UHGV virus genome: UHGV-0212526
Origin: a virus
Strand: one strand, 5' to 3'
DNA length: 46,532 nucleotides
The position numbers were made by a program, and so were the translations under genes. The notes below the pieces were generated by a model that made no database searches, was not told the DNA's origin, and worked only from the letters and a program-made list of their open reading frames with translations. How positions within the stretch are numbered: position 1 is the first letter of the stretch; every line of letters begins with the position of its first letter. Below, piece after piece: positions 34,750-43,519 of the stretch.

Positions 34750-34802
34750 CCGTTATTTGTGAGGAGGATGCTTCCGCCCTCTGGCTTCCGCATGATAACA
34801 TA

Positions 34803-35288
34803 TTAGCACTTTTCTTCGGGACATTGGGGGACATTTTCAAAAAATCTTAAATTTCGTTTCTTACAGCTATCTTCCGTAAACTTCACCCGCCTCTTCGGAA
34901 ACATCCGGTTCATGGCCTGTGCCACCTTCCACCAAGGCAGGCCATCTATGTAATACAGACGGAACATGGTCCGCACCTCGCTCTTTGGTATGCCCTGTAT
35001 ATATTCCTCCGCCTGGCAGGTCAGCTCCAGCAGTTCCGCCTCCTTACGCGCCAGAAGCTGCCTGTACCGCTCCCTCAGCCGCTGCTTCCGGTAATGCTCC
35101 GGCACGGGGTATCCCGTGACCTTAATGCTTCCTATCGTCCCATCCCGCCTTGTACCCTTCACCGTATCTGATACCTGGTGCGGCTCCTCCAGGAACCTGT
35201 CCAGCTTCTGAATCCGTCGCCTTATGTCCTTTATCTCCTCTTTCATCTCGCAATACTGTATCAGCACCTCCTTGTCCATCGGCATCAC
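34803..35288 (-). CDS. late-gene transcriptional activator, ArpU/RinA-like (sigma-70 region-4-like)
   Basis: 161 aa; C-terminal segment FRLYYIDGLPWWKVAQAMN resembles region-4 HTH of ArpU/ECF-like phage activators; position upstream of the packaging module. Confidence 0.55.
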   Translation of the reverse strand: MMPMDKEVLIQYCEMKEEIKDIRRRIQKLDRFLEEPHQVSDTVKGTRRDGTIGSIKVTGYPVPEHYRKQRLRERYRQLLARKEAELLELTCQAEEYIQGIPKSEVRTMFRLYYIDGLPWWKVAQAMNRMFPKRRVKFTEDSCKKRNLRFFENVPQCPEEKC

Positions 35289-35584
35289 CTCCTCTTCCGC
35301 TTATCCCTAGATACCACAATCGGTATCCTGCCCAAATCGTGCCCGCATCCCTTCAATACTTGCGTCACCCTGTCCCATTCATCGGCCAGTTCTGGCGCGT
35401 TCCCATCCTCCGCCCTGACAAAGGTATATCGCTTTTGGTATAGGATACCCACATCACTGTAATGCTCTATCTGCTGCCGGTGCCGGATGCCCAGCATTAC
35501 CATCAGTTCCGCTGCTCTGTACCGGCCGTCGTATTGGCCACAATCATACAGGTCGTAGTACACAGGTTTTGATGCCACGTACAA
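35285..35584 (-). CDS. hypothetical early protein
   Basis: 99-aa ORF overlapping start of ArpU-like gene by 4 nt. Confidence 0.4.
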   Translation of the reverse strand: MYVASKPVYYDLYDCGQYDGRYRAAELMVMLGIRHRQQIEHYSDVGILYQKRYTFVRAEDGNAPELADEWDRVTQVLKGCGHDLGRIPIVVSRDKRKRR

Positions 35585-35883
35585 TCACTCCCTTCGGCGG
35601 CTCCCGCAGCTCCGGAACCGGGCGCAGGCTGGTGTACATATAGGCCGGCGCCGTCCGGATGCGCTCCTTGATGGCCTCGTCGGCCTGGGCGGCCAGGGCC
35701 TTGCTGCGGTCGATGCGGCTGACCTTGGACTGCTTACTGCCTTTCTTTATCATAAACATCCTCCACCCATTCCAGTGGTTCTCCACAATCTTGACAATAG
35801 TCTTGCCCCATCTCAACCTTGCCGGCACAGTTAGGACACTCATACATAATGCCATGTTCCATTTCAAGCTTTATTTTAGCCAT
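35544..35883 (-). CDS. hypothetical protein with N-terminal zinc ribbon (CPNC...CQDC)
   Basis: true start MAKIKLEMEHGIMYECPNCAGKVEMGQDYCQDCGEPLEW at ~35883 after AGGACAAGAAGG RBS, extending ORF 35544..35867. Confidence 0.45.
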
Positions 35884-35913
35884 CCTTCTTGTCCTTTCAA
35901 AATCACACAAATG

Positions 35914-36081
35914 TCAGTTTTCCTTATTTTTGTGTGGAAATTTTACCTTATACGGACATCCCTGTATCCCGTCTCTTTGGCAGTCGATTTCTTTCTTTGA
36001 TATAACCTCCGACTGTAAAACGCAAGACGTACAAGTCTTATTTTTAAAACAATTATTGCAGTCACATATTTTTGTACACAT
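35914..36081 (-). CDS. small Cys-rich ORF (55 aa)
   Basis: Unlisted ORF MCTKICDCNNCFKNKTCTSCVLQSEVISKKEIDCQRDGIQGCPYKVKF..; GAGGTG RBS. Confidence 0.3.
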   Translation of the reverse strand: MCTKICDCNNCFKNKTCTSCVLQSEVISKKEIDCQRDGIQGCPYKVKFPHKNKEN

Positions 36082-36287
36082 CTGTTTCACCTCACAAATC
36101 CTAATCTACTGCCCTGTAGATAAAGGGCAAATACAAAAGTCCCATAATGTCGTCAACTGCCCTCGGCTGTATCTGGTGGTATATTAATAGCTCCAAACCT
36201 TGCCATACTAAAGCAAGCACTATGTACCACCAGCATGTTTTTAATATCTTATCCACTGCCAGTTCCTCCGTTTAGTAAATATTAATT

Positions 36288-36452
36288 TTATCTGCTACTA
36301 TCCTGCTCGCGGAAACTGTTGCAGAAAAATACTTCATGGATTCTTTCGTGCGTGATCGTCTCGCACTCACGGCAGTTATACCGTTCGCAGTTTATAACTG
36401 CACAATCTCTACATAGACACATATCCTCTGTTTGTTTACTGCACTTTGCCAT
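36288..36452 (-). CDS. small Cys-rich zinc-finger-like ORF (54 aa)
   Basis: Unlisted ORF MAKCSKQTEDMCLCRDCAVINCERYNCRECETITHERIHEVFFCNSF..; AAGGAGAAAGG RBS; overlaps the spurious track ORF 36392..36646. Confidence 0.35.
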   Translation of the reverse strand: MAKCSKQTEDMCLCRDCAVINCERYNCRECETITHERIHEVFFCNSFREQDSSR

Positions 36453-36470
36453 TCCTTTCTCCTTAAAACC

Positions 36471-36935
36471 TTAATTTTCCAACATCGGCAGCATTGCTGG
36501 CATCTGCCCCGTCTGGTATGCCATCTCAATCTGCGGTGCAATCCATTCTCCAGCCGTCCGTCCATCTGGCAATACAATATCGTACAAAAACTCCCGCTCC
36601 ACCGTGCTGATACCAGCCTCCACCGCCTCCAGCTTAGCCTTGACAATTAAATACAGTGCCCTCCAACGGCTTCGGCAGGCTTGCTCCCATGCAGTATGCG
36701 CCGCATCATCCGCCCGGCGTTGCCCTCGGCCCGGAGTATACCAAAATTCTTTCGCTGACTTGTCTGGGAGAGGAAGCAGAAATCGAATCTGCCGCCCGGA
36801 CATTGTAAATCCGATAACCGCCATATTAGCTTTGTATCCGCTCACAAACTGTTCTGCTCCGTGTGTTTGAACAAGCTCTTCTATATTTGCCTTCGTCCGT
36901 GCCACGGATACCGTAGTTTTTTCAGCATATGCCAT
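36471..36935 (-). CDS. hypothetical phage early protein
   Basis: 154-aa ORF, start codon overlapping upstream gene stop. Confidence 0.5.
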   Translation of the reverse strand: MAYAEKTTVSVARTKANIEELVQTHGAEQFVSGYKANMAVIGFTMSGRQIRFLLPLPDKSAKEFWYTPGRGQRRADDAAHTAWEQACRSRWRALYLIVKAKLEAVEAGISTVEREFLYDIVLPDGRTAGEWIAPQIEMAYQTGQMPAMLPMLEN

Positions 36936-36970
36936 CTTGTACCTCCTTCTCTATCAAATGTTAATTTAAA

Positions 36971-37156
36971 TCATTTCATGATAAATCCATATTCTGTTAC
37001 GATTTCTTCGCAATTTGCCTTGCACACTGTGCAATCTGAATGATATGAACAGTCCATAACACAAGGTTTCCCTTGCGGTCCTTCTATTGTGCACTCTCCG
37101 TTCTTATTAAGTTCTTGGCATACAAAATTGCCGCATCTGATTCCTGCATTTTTCAT
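36971..37156 (-). CDS. small Cys-rich protein (61 aa, 9 Cys)
   Basis: MKNAGIRCGNFVCQELNKNGECTIEGPQGKPCVMDCSYHSDCTVCKANCEE..; stop overlaps MTase start. Confidence 0.4.
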   Translation of the reverse strand: MKNAGIRCGNFVCQELNKNGECTIEGPQGKPCVMDCSYHSDCTVCKANCEEIVTEYGFIMK

Positions 37157-37887
37157 GACGCACCTCCGTCAAATTTGAAATCTACCCTATCAAGGGCAAT
37201 GCGATAGTTTACAGTATCTTTTTCTATCCCTATGTACTCCCGGCCCAGCTCCTGGCAGGCCACACCTGTTGTATTGCTCCCCATGCAGCTATCTAAAACC
37301 GTATCCCCAGAATTGGTGTATGTGCGGATAAAATACTTACATGCCTCTAATGGTTTTTGGGTCGGATGCAGCCTCTCACGCTGTGTATCCCATTTAAACC
37401 GCAAAACATCGCGAGGATAACGCTCCGTGCTCCCTCCTCCTGATATGCCAGTTCGTGTCTTACCATAATTGCTGCCATCGCTTACATGCTTGGTATAGCT
37501 GTGTACTGGACTATGTCCGGTTGTTATCTGCGGATTATAAGTGGGTAGGTGCTTATAAAATATCAGTACATTTTCATGGCACTTCATCGGCATTTTAGCA
37601 GCATTCAGATGTCCAGTACCCTTTGTTTTTTCAATAATCCATTCATACCTGTACATTTTCAGGTTACTGCAGGCCAGCACCTTATCAAATGGGGACTGTG
37701 CCCAAAGAGCTATACACCCGTTGTCTTTAATAATCCGGCCGTAATGTTCCCATAAGCGTTTTAGGTCAATCATGCAATCCCAGCCATTGCGGGTTGTCCC
37801 ATAGGGTAAATCTGTAAAAATCATATCTATGGATTTATCTTGTATGCCCGGAAGAATGTCCAGGCAATCTCCTAAAAATAATTCCAT
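37153..37887 (-). CDS. orphan DNA N6-adenine methyltransferase (beta-class, DpnA/M.HinfI-like)
   Basis: DPPY-type motif IV (IFTDLPYG) near N-terminus and SAM-binding motif I near C-terminus (VLDSCMGSNTTG), HPTQKP motif; no cognate endonuclease nearby. Confidence 0.85.
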   Translation of the reverse strand: MELFLGDCLDILPGIQDKSIDMIFTDLPYGTTRNGWDCMIDLKRLWEHYGRIIKDNGCIALWAQSPFDKVLACSNLKMYRYEWIIEKTKGTGHLNAAKMPMKCHENVLIFYKHLPTYNPQITTGHSPVHSYTKHVSDGSNYGKTRTGISGGGSTERYPRDVLRFKWDTQRERLHPTQKPLEACKYFIRTYTNSGDTVLDSCMGSNTTGVACQELGREYIGIEKDTVNYRIALDRVDFKFDGGAS

Positions 37888-38132
37888 GCGTTCAAGGGGC
37901 CGCTGCAGCTTTCATCCGGATAGCCCGGCCTCCCTCCTTAATCACTTAAATAACGATATAGTGGATGTGCGCCAGACCGGAACCCCTGGCCGTATGGCCC
38001 TCCATTATCTCTCCATAGGCACATCCGCTGCTGGTCTTACTGGTTGTGCATACACCAGAGCCATGCCAGCTATCTTTACGCAGTCACGGTCCTGCGAATC
38101 AGGTACCGGTATGCGCTGCTGCGTTATAAGCA

Positions 38133-38399
38133 TTACACGGGCATCTGATATGGGCAAGGGCTTCCCAGGTGACACCGGTCCATCAACTCCTCCGTTTTAC
38201 CGCTCTCCAGCGCTTTAATAGCCATCTCGTAAGCCTGTATCTGTCTTTCTGCCTCTGCTATAAAGTCTATCTTGTCAGGTATCGTGTTTCCGACAATTCC
38301 CATTCGTACCATTTGCGCCCATCCCTTATCTGTAGTTTGGTAGCGGTATGTATTAATGCGTTCTTGCAGTATCGCTATTGCTCCCTGTCTGTCAATCAT
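38133..38399 (-). CDS. hypothetical protein
   Basis: 88-aa ORF in early operon. Confidence 0.35.
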   Translation of the reverse strand: MIDRQGAIAILQERINTYRYQTTDKGWAQMVRMGIVGNTIPDKIDFIAEAERQIQAYEMAIKALESGKTEELMDRCHLGSPCPYQMPV

Positions 38400-38869
38400 A
38401 CTTCTGCCTCCTTATATGGCTCTGGCAATGGCATCCAGGCCAGCACGTCCAGTTTCTCCCACCCATCAGTAAATGTTACTCCGTTCCAAAATGCCCTAAT
38501 CACACAGTCTGTATTTTTGACAGACACTAAATATATCTCCAGTGGCTTGTTATCATATATTGGATTCTCTTCCGGTTTCTTTGGAAGCCGCTCTTTGACC
38601 GGAATCCATCTCATACGTTTCGTTAGTTCTGATACTTCCTGGCATTTTTTGAGATAAAGCTCGTCTACTTTGGGAGCAATATTTTCATAATCCCTTAATT
38701 TTCTGGTTATATCTTGTAAGATACATCCGCAGTCTGCATCATCATAGTGCACCCACCTCTCAGCGATATCAAAAATATTGTAGGCTCCCTCCGGATCTGC
38801 TGGAACTCTATATAATATCTGCTCCCAATCTTCGACACCAACGTCAGCCTCATGTGTTAATCTTTCCAT
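38396..38869 (-). CDS. hypothetical protein
   Basis: 157-aa ORF, 4-nt overlap with downstream gene. Confidence 0.4.
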   Translation of the reverse strand: MERLTHEADVGVEDWEQILYRVPADPEGAYNIFDIAERWVHYDDADCGCILQDITRKLRDYENIAPKVDELYLKKCQEVSELTKRMRWIPVKERLPKKPEENPIYDNKPLEIYLVSVKNTDCVIRAFWNGVTFTDGWEKLDVLAWMPLPEPYKEAEV

Positions 38870-38879
38870 AAGCTCATCC

Positions 38880-39482
38880 TCACTTTAAACTCCACCATAT
38901 TTTCTGGTTCTTTCCGTATCCAGTTGCATATATTTTTACATCCATCTTAGCCTTGGCTTTCATGAGCTCAGACCGTTTAATCCCATCATCATCCGCCCGC
39001 TGCATAAGCTCAACCGCACTTACCTGGCCACCTTTCAGGACTTCACGTAGGAACGATTCTGCCCGGTCATATTCTGTCTGGCCAAGTCCGTCCACTACAT
39101 CCTTAATCCTGGCTGTCTGCACTGTATTGGCCTGGAGCTTATTGTATATGGCCTGCTGCGAATCTGCCAATTCTGATATTTGAGTCTTGATGGATTGAAG
39201 CTCCTTAAAGATGTTTTCAAGTATCTTCACTTCCCCTCCGGATGTAATCTGGGTCTTTTCGATTCTTTCTGGCTCTATCTCTAGTTTTTCACATATCAGG
39301 TCCCGGACCGGCTCCGGTACCATATTGTTTTTCCGCAGACTGCATATATAATTTCTGGAACGTCCTATGGAGTAACCAAACTTCTCCATGGTCATACCTT
39401 TAGCCTGTATCATCAAAATAAGCTTGTCTACATCAATCTCCACTCTGTTCAATTCCAATATCTCCCCCTTCGTGCGCTGCAT
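38880..39482 (-). CDS. hypothetical protein (possible DNA-binding early protein)
   Basis: 200-aa ORF; no firm motif. Confidence 0.4.
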   Translation of the reverse strand: MQRTKGEILELNRVEIDVDKLILMIQAKGMTMEKFGYSIGRSRNYICSLRKNNMVPEPVRDLICEKLEIEPERIEKTQITSGGEVKILENIFKELQSIKTQISELADSQQAIYNKLQANTVQTARIKDVVDGLGQTEYDRAESFLREVLKGGQVSAVELMQRADDDGIKRSELMKAKAKMDVKIYATGYGKNQKIWWSLK

Positions 39483-40554
39483 ATAGCATCTTATATGCTT
39501 CCAGCGCCATCATATGTTTGGTGTAATAATACGGCTGTTTTTCTATCCAGGCCGGCCCCATCCGGTCCAGCTGCTCCTGTTCAGCTTTTATCATGCTTTG
39601 CAACATAGCTTTATCGTAAGTCTCCAGGGTTCCATAGTCCTTGGCCTCTTTAGGTTCCTCCGGCCTATGTAACGAGCTGTTGCACTCCCACTCACAATTC
39701 CCATGCTTGACACACTCCCAACAACATTTACAGCCGCAATCCTCACCTGTACCAGGGGTAAGTTTATATACCTCCTCCAGGGTACATTTAAATTCTGGCC
39801 TGTGAATACACTTCCCGGACTTCTCTGGTTCTTTCGGTAAACCGCTGCCCTCCTCAGCCCTTTCCGTTTCCTGTGATACTTCTGACTGTGATTCTGGTAT
39901 CGGTTTTTCTTGTTGCGATATCGCAACGGGTTGTTCCCGCTCCGGTTGTGCTGGCTCTGGCAAGAGGTCCTCCGCAGATATCGTATAGGTTTGCTTCTCT
40001 GGCTGACTGGATTGCATCTCTGCCCTGGCCTGAACCGATGCGGCCACATCTTTCGGATCCACGCCGGGGAAATCCGTCAGTTCAATCTGGCCAGGCATCT
40101 CAATATACGGTATCTCTTTGGGCTTTCTCATTTCCCTGATTTGTACCACAGTCATATCAGGGGTGACCTGTTCAAGCTGCTCCGCATCCAGGCTTAACAT
40201 TTCCTGGAGCTGAGACTTGTTAAAATCCTTGTATTTTTCGTCCAGGATTGGGCTATTCCCATCCACGGAAAACTTGTCATTGCGTGACATATACCGGGAT
40301 GTTGTGGAAGTGCTGAATCCGAACCGGTCCTTTGCATATTCATATACATCTTTAAATCCGGCCTCTTGATATAGCTCTTTTGTATAAACGCATTTGAGGT
40401 AATAGCCTATTGCAATAACACTCCTGGCCGCTGACTTAAGATTAGCACGTATGTAAATTTCTGCATCTTCCAGGCTGACTCCCTCATACCATTTCCGTGC
40501 TGATGTTGATTGTGTCGGTTCTGTCTCCTGCGTGCTGGTTGTTAATTCTTCCAT
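39433..40554 (-). CDS. hypothetical protein with C-terminal Cys-rich cluster
   Basis: 373 aa; acidic low-complexity middle, C-terminal CIHRPEFKC...CGCKCCWECVKHGNCEWEC. Confidence 0.45.
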   Translation of the reverse strand: MEELTTSTQETEPTQSTSARKWYEGVSLEDAEIYIRANLKSAARSVIAIGYYLKCVYTKELYQEAGFKDVYEYAKDRFGFSTSTTSRYMSRNDKFSVDGNSPILDEKYKDFNKSQLQEMLSLDAEQLEQVTPDMTVVQIREMRKPKEIPYIEMPGQIELTDFPGVDPKDVAASVQARAEMQSSQPEKQTYTISAEDLLPEPAQPEREQPVAISQQEKPIPESQSEVSQETERAEEGSGLPKEPEKSGKCIHRPEFKCTLEEVYKLTPGTGEDCGCKCCWECVKHGNCEWECNSSLHRPEEPKEAKDYGTLETYDKAMLQSMIKAEQEQLDRMGPAWIEKQPYYYTKHMMALEAYKMLYAAHEGGDIGIEQSGD

Positions 40555-40585
40555 GGCTCCTCCTTCCCTTTGGTTTCATATATTT

Positions 40586-40879
40586 CTAACCAGTTACATG
40601 CGGCCCTGGTTTCTTGTCTATTATCAGAATGTAGTCCCGCATTTCAGTATCCTCCACGATATAATCATCCCCCATCTTATACAGGCGCATGTTATCAAGC
40701 TGCTCATTGTTCATCTTGCACCAGAGGAAGCTTACACGGAGTATTGCCCTCATATACGCCCTCCGGGCAAGGACTTCGTCCCTGTTCATAGGGATGGCGT
40801 GGTATCCATCTTTCCCAGTATTAACCCTGTATCTTGCCAGTATCGCAGCCTCCTGCTCCTGTATCTCCATCCTTATCAC
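40586..40879 (-). CDS. hypothetical protein
   Basis: 97-aa ORF. Confidence 0.35.
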   Translation of the reverse strand: MIRMEIQEQEAAILARYRVNTGKDGYHAIPMNRDEVLARRAYMRAILRVSFLWCKMNNEQLDNMRLYKMGDDYIVEDTEMRDYILIIDKKPGPHVTG

Positions 40880-41402
40880 CGCCTAACGTAAGACCACTGG
40901 CAACCTCACCTATGCGTTGCTCTAACCGTCCGCCGCTTTCCTTTATTCCTGCAGGTATCACTTCTCCCTGCCGTATCTTCTCCAATTTTGGCTTGTACGA
41001 ATCCCGGAAAAATGCCCGTTCCGCCATGATATTCTCACTCTGGCACAGATTCTGCCACCCCATATTCCTCACCACGCTCCTGCATGGCTCCGGAAGGCTA
41101 TTCAGTGCCTGCGACTCACGCATGTACCCATAAGTTCGTATGGCCCTTAGCACCATTCCCCAGGCATCGTCCATGCTCAGTACCTCTGTCTCCCCTGCAC
41201 ACAACCTGCGGATGTCTGATATGGTTGGGGGATACGGACTGCTTGCCATATGCTGTTGTACTGCCAGGCTGGCCTGCCGGTATGGCAAATCCCGGAGCAT
41301 CCCATACCAGACATCAAACGCATCCGCATCTGGTATGAAGGCAGGTTGTGCATATACCGCCTTTAATCCTTTCACTATCGTTTTAAATTCTTCTCGTTCC
41401 AT
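40821..41402 (-). CDS. possible replicative-helicase loader/inhibitor (SPP1 G39P-like)
   Basis: N-terminal ~70 aa (FKTIVKGLKAVYAQ..F.PDADAFDVWYGMLRDLPY..ASLAVQQHMASSPYPPTISDIRR) resemble the G39P N-domain; directly downstream of replisome organiser. Confidence 0.4.
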   Translation of the reverse strand: MEREEFKTIVKGLKAVYAQPAFIPDADAFDVWYGMLRDLPYRQASLAVQQHMASSPYPPTISDIRRLCAGETEVLSMDDAWGMVLRAIRTYGYMRESQALNSLPEPCRSVVRNMGWQNLCQSENIMAERAFFRDSYKPKLEKIRQGEVIPAGIKESGGRLEQRIGEVASGLTLGGDKDGDTGAGGCDTGKIQG

Positions 41403-41411
41403 CCTCTTCTC

Positions 41412-42275
41412 CTACCAGTTATCTACATCACTTACCCTGTTTTGTATTCTCTCCTGGGATGTCTGGCTTTTCTGGACATGGGGACTATCCTGGGCCTTTG
41501 ACAGCCAGTTGTTGATGAATCGGCGTATCCCCTTGACAGTCTTGCGTCTCGTCGGATTGCTGTCAAGCCATCCCTTCATCTTCCTCAGCTCCTGCATGAT
41601 GTCCACTGCTGGATACAGTTCCACCCATTCCGCATAGTCCTTGTCATAAACAGGGTATTCAGTCTTATCATTTAGTGTAAAAGAAATAACCTGTAGCGCA
41701 TCAGACGGTTTATCCGGCTGTGTGCATGATATATTTACTTTACTTTTCTTTACTTTACTTTTCTTTACTTTACTTTCCTTTAGGGATTCTTCCTGAGATT
41801 TATCCGGGTTTTTCCTGGAATTACTATCGTTTTTCCTGGAAAAATTTAAAGATGGGTTCACTTTAATAAAGGATTCCGTCTCCGCTTCATCCAAAAGCCA
41901 GAAACCCTTTATTTCAATGGGGTTCTTTTTGGCCCGTTCCTTTACGGCCAATTGGAACCTTTTCTGTATCCCGGCAGAGGTCAAGATAGTGTCCGACTGA
42001 AAAAGTGTGTCATTAAACAGTGACCGTTCCAATAAGAATTTCAAGACCTGCTTCACCTTGTCCGGGCTCATGCCTAAATCATCTGACGTGATAAACAACG
42101 CATCATCATCAAACTTGATATAATAGCCTGCCCGGTAAATCTCACAAAGAAGGTATAAGTATATTGCTATTCCATCCGCCCCATACCGGGCCTTTAATAT
42201 CTTAACCTTCTTATCCGCAAAAAAATTAACATCTAAAGGAAAGTAGTCAATACCCGCTTTCTGGGGCCTCGGCAT
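41412..42275 (-). CDS. phage replisome organiser, DnaD-like domain protein
   Basis: N-terminal IDYFPLDVNFFADKKVKILKARYGADGIAIYLYLLCEIY matches the replisome-organiser N-domain; C-terminal DnaD-like region; lysine-rich KVKKS repeats; start MPRPQKAG ~42275 (ORF track 41412..42368). Confidence 0.65.
   Translation of the reverse strand: MPRPQKAGIDYFPLDVNFFADKKVKILKARYGADGIAIYLYLLCEIYRAGYYIKFDDDALFITSDDLGMSPDKVKQVLKFLLERSLFNDTLFQSDTILTSAGIQKRFQLAVKERAKKNPIEIKGFWLLDEAETESFIKVNPSLNFSRKNDSNSRKNPDKSQEESLKESKVKKSKVKKSKVNISCTQPDKPSDALQVISFTLNDKTEYPVYDKDYAEWVELYPAVDIMQELRKMKGWLDSNPTRRKTVKGIRRFINNWLSKAQDSPHVQKSQTSQERIQNRVSDVDNW
41734..41778. repeat. 15-bp tandem repeat TTTACTTTACTTTTC x3 inside the replisome-organiser gene (candidate origin iterons)
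   Basis: three head-to-tail copies (third TTTACTTTACTTTCC) encoding KVKKSKVKKSKVKKSKV. Confidence 0.5.
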
Positions 42276-42286
42276 CTGCCAATCAC

Positions 42287-42628
42287 CTACTTCCTTTCGA
42301 CCTCCCGGCCGGCTTCCCATTCCCGGAAAATCTGTATCCAGTCCTCCAGTCGCATGGTTGCCAGCCACTCCGAGCGGTCCCTACGGTGGAACACTACTGG
42401 AAGCTCACCTTCCCGCGCATCCCTTACTGACTGCTCCACGGCATCCAGGATATTGAGCCGTTCCACCCGTTTACATTCAATATGCATCCCTGGAAGCCCC
42501 ACCACATCCGCGGAGCCGTCTGCCCCACAGAACTGCTGCCCTCTACGGCAGGCATATCCATACCCTTTTAATATCCCGGCCAGCTCCCGCTCACCGCGTT
42601 TGCCTTTTTCCCTCTGTGATTTTCCCAT
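42287..42628 (-). CDS. Holliday-junction resolvase, Hjc-like PD-(D/E)XK nuclease
   Basis: 113 aa; GERELAGILKGYGYACRRGQQFCGADGSADVVGLPGMHIECKRVE fits the archaeal-Hjc-like phage resolvase pattern (ERE..., D..., E.K). Confidence 0.5.
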   Translation of the reverse strand: MGKSQREKGKRGERELAGILKGYGYACRRGQQFCGADGSADVVGLPGMHIECKRVERLNILDAVEQSVRDAREGELPVVFHRRDRSEWLATMRLEDWIQIFREWEAGREVERK

Positions 42629-42745
42629 AACCGCTCCTTTGAAGGACGGGGCGGCGGTCAGAAAGCAATGGTTTGCCGCCCCTTAAATACCTCCGGCATT
42701 TAATACCGTGACATATTATATTTGTCCGGAGGATAAAGCACTGAA

Positions 42746-43498
42746 TTATCCGATGATTGTAATTCGGCTGCTGATTGCCTTAGGCATATCCATCAAGGCA
42801 TCTGTCAAATATCTCTTGATATTCGAAACTGCCTCGTTCTTCCAGATTCCGCCTTCTGCCTCAATCAGTTTAAAAATCGGTATGTCATTATTCTCACCAA
42901 TTCTGAAAACAAACTTACTGGCTGGCTGACCAACCTCCTGGAAAGTCCTATAAGGAATCAGCTCCACCGGGTTTGGTACGATGGCTGCCGCCTTTGTTGC
43001 CACTCCCACAGTCATAGTAGCAACCTGTGTCCGACCGTCATCCGAAAAGCTCTGGTCATTCTTCTTTTCAATATTCCCAGCCAGTTTCATAACTGCCTCC
43101 AGGTCCGTACTGTACTGGAAGTTTGCCTGCAGGGATATCATGAAATTCTCCTGGTCGTACCATTTGTCAAACCGATACTCGGATGTCTCAGCCTCAGTCT
43201 CAAACAGGCACTCCCTCCTACGCTCCGTATCCAATTCAGATATCAGCTTAACCTTCGTGGGGCTCACGATATGTATAATCATATCGCCATCCGGGAATTC
43301 CCGGCTACAGCTGCCGATGTAGTCTACAAGTGACGACAGGGTTGTGGCAGTGATGGAATCTGCCATTTCCTGTGCATCATACCGTTTCAGGCTCTTGTTG
43401 GCATAAGTCTTGCCACATATCTCAATGACCTCAGTTTTTTCGTTCTCCCGTGCCAGCTCCTCCACATGCTCCAATGCTGCTTTTAATCCTTCCATCAT
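42746..43498 (-). CDS. hypothetical phage early protein
   Basis: 250-aa ORF; followed by GGGGCGGC...GCCGCCCC hairpin at ~42630-42665. Confidence 0.45.
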   Translation of the reverse strand: MMEGLKAALEHVEELARENEKTEVIEICGKTYANKSLKRYDAQEMADSITATTLSSLVDYIGSCSREFPDGDMIIHIVSPTKVKLISELDTERRRECLFETEAETSEYRFDKWYDQENFMISLQANFQYSTDLEAVMKLAGNIEKKNDQSFSDDGRTQVATMTVGVATKAAAIVPNPVELIPYRTFQEVGQPASKFVFRIGENNDIPIFKLIEAEGGIWKNEAVSNIKRYLTDALMDMPKAISSRITIIG

Positions 43499-43519
43499 CT
43501 TTCCTATCTCCTTTTCTTT

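Noticed and set aside
34570-34800. Possible tRNA or group I/II intron fragment in the structured non-coding stretch
   Set aside because: No T-loop (GTTCRANYC) or D-loop consensus, and no cloverleaf could be drawn. No intron domain V/VI consensus. Kept only as a leader with hairpins.
41734-41778. Possible CRISPR array (short tandem repeats)
   Set aside because: Repeats are 15 bp, head to tail with no spacers, and lie inside a coding frame. No cas genes. Read as initiator-gene iterons instead.
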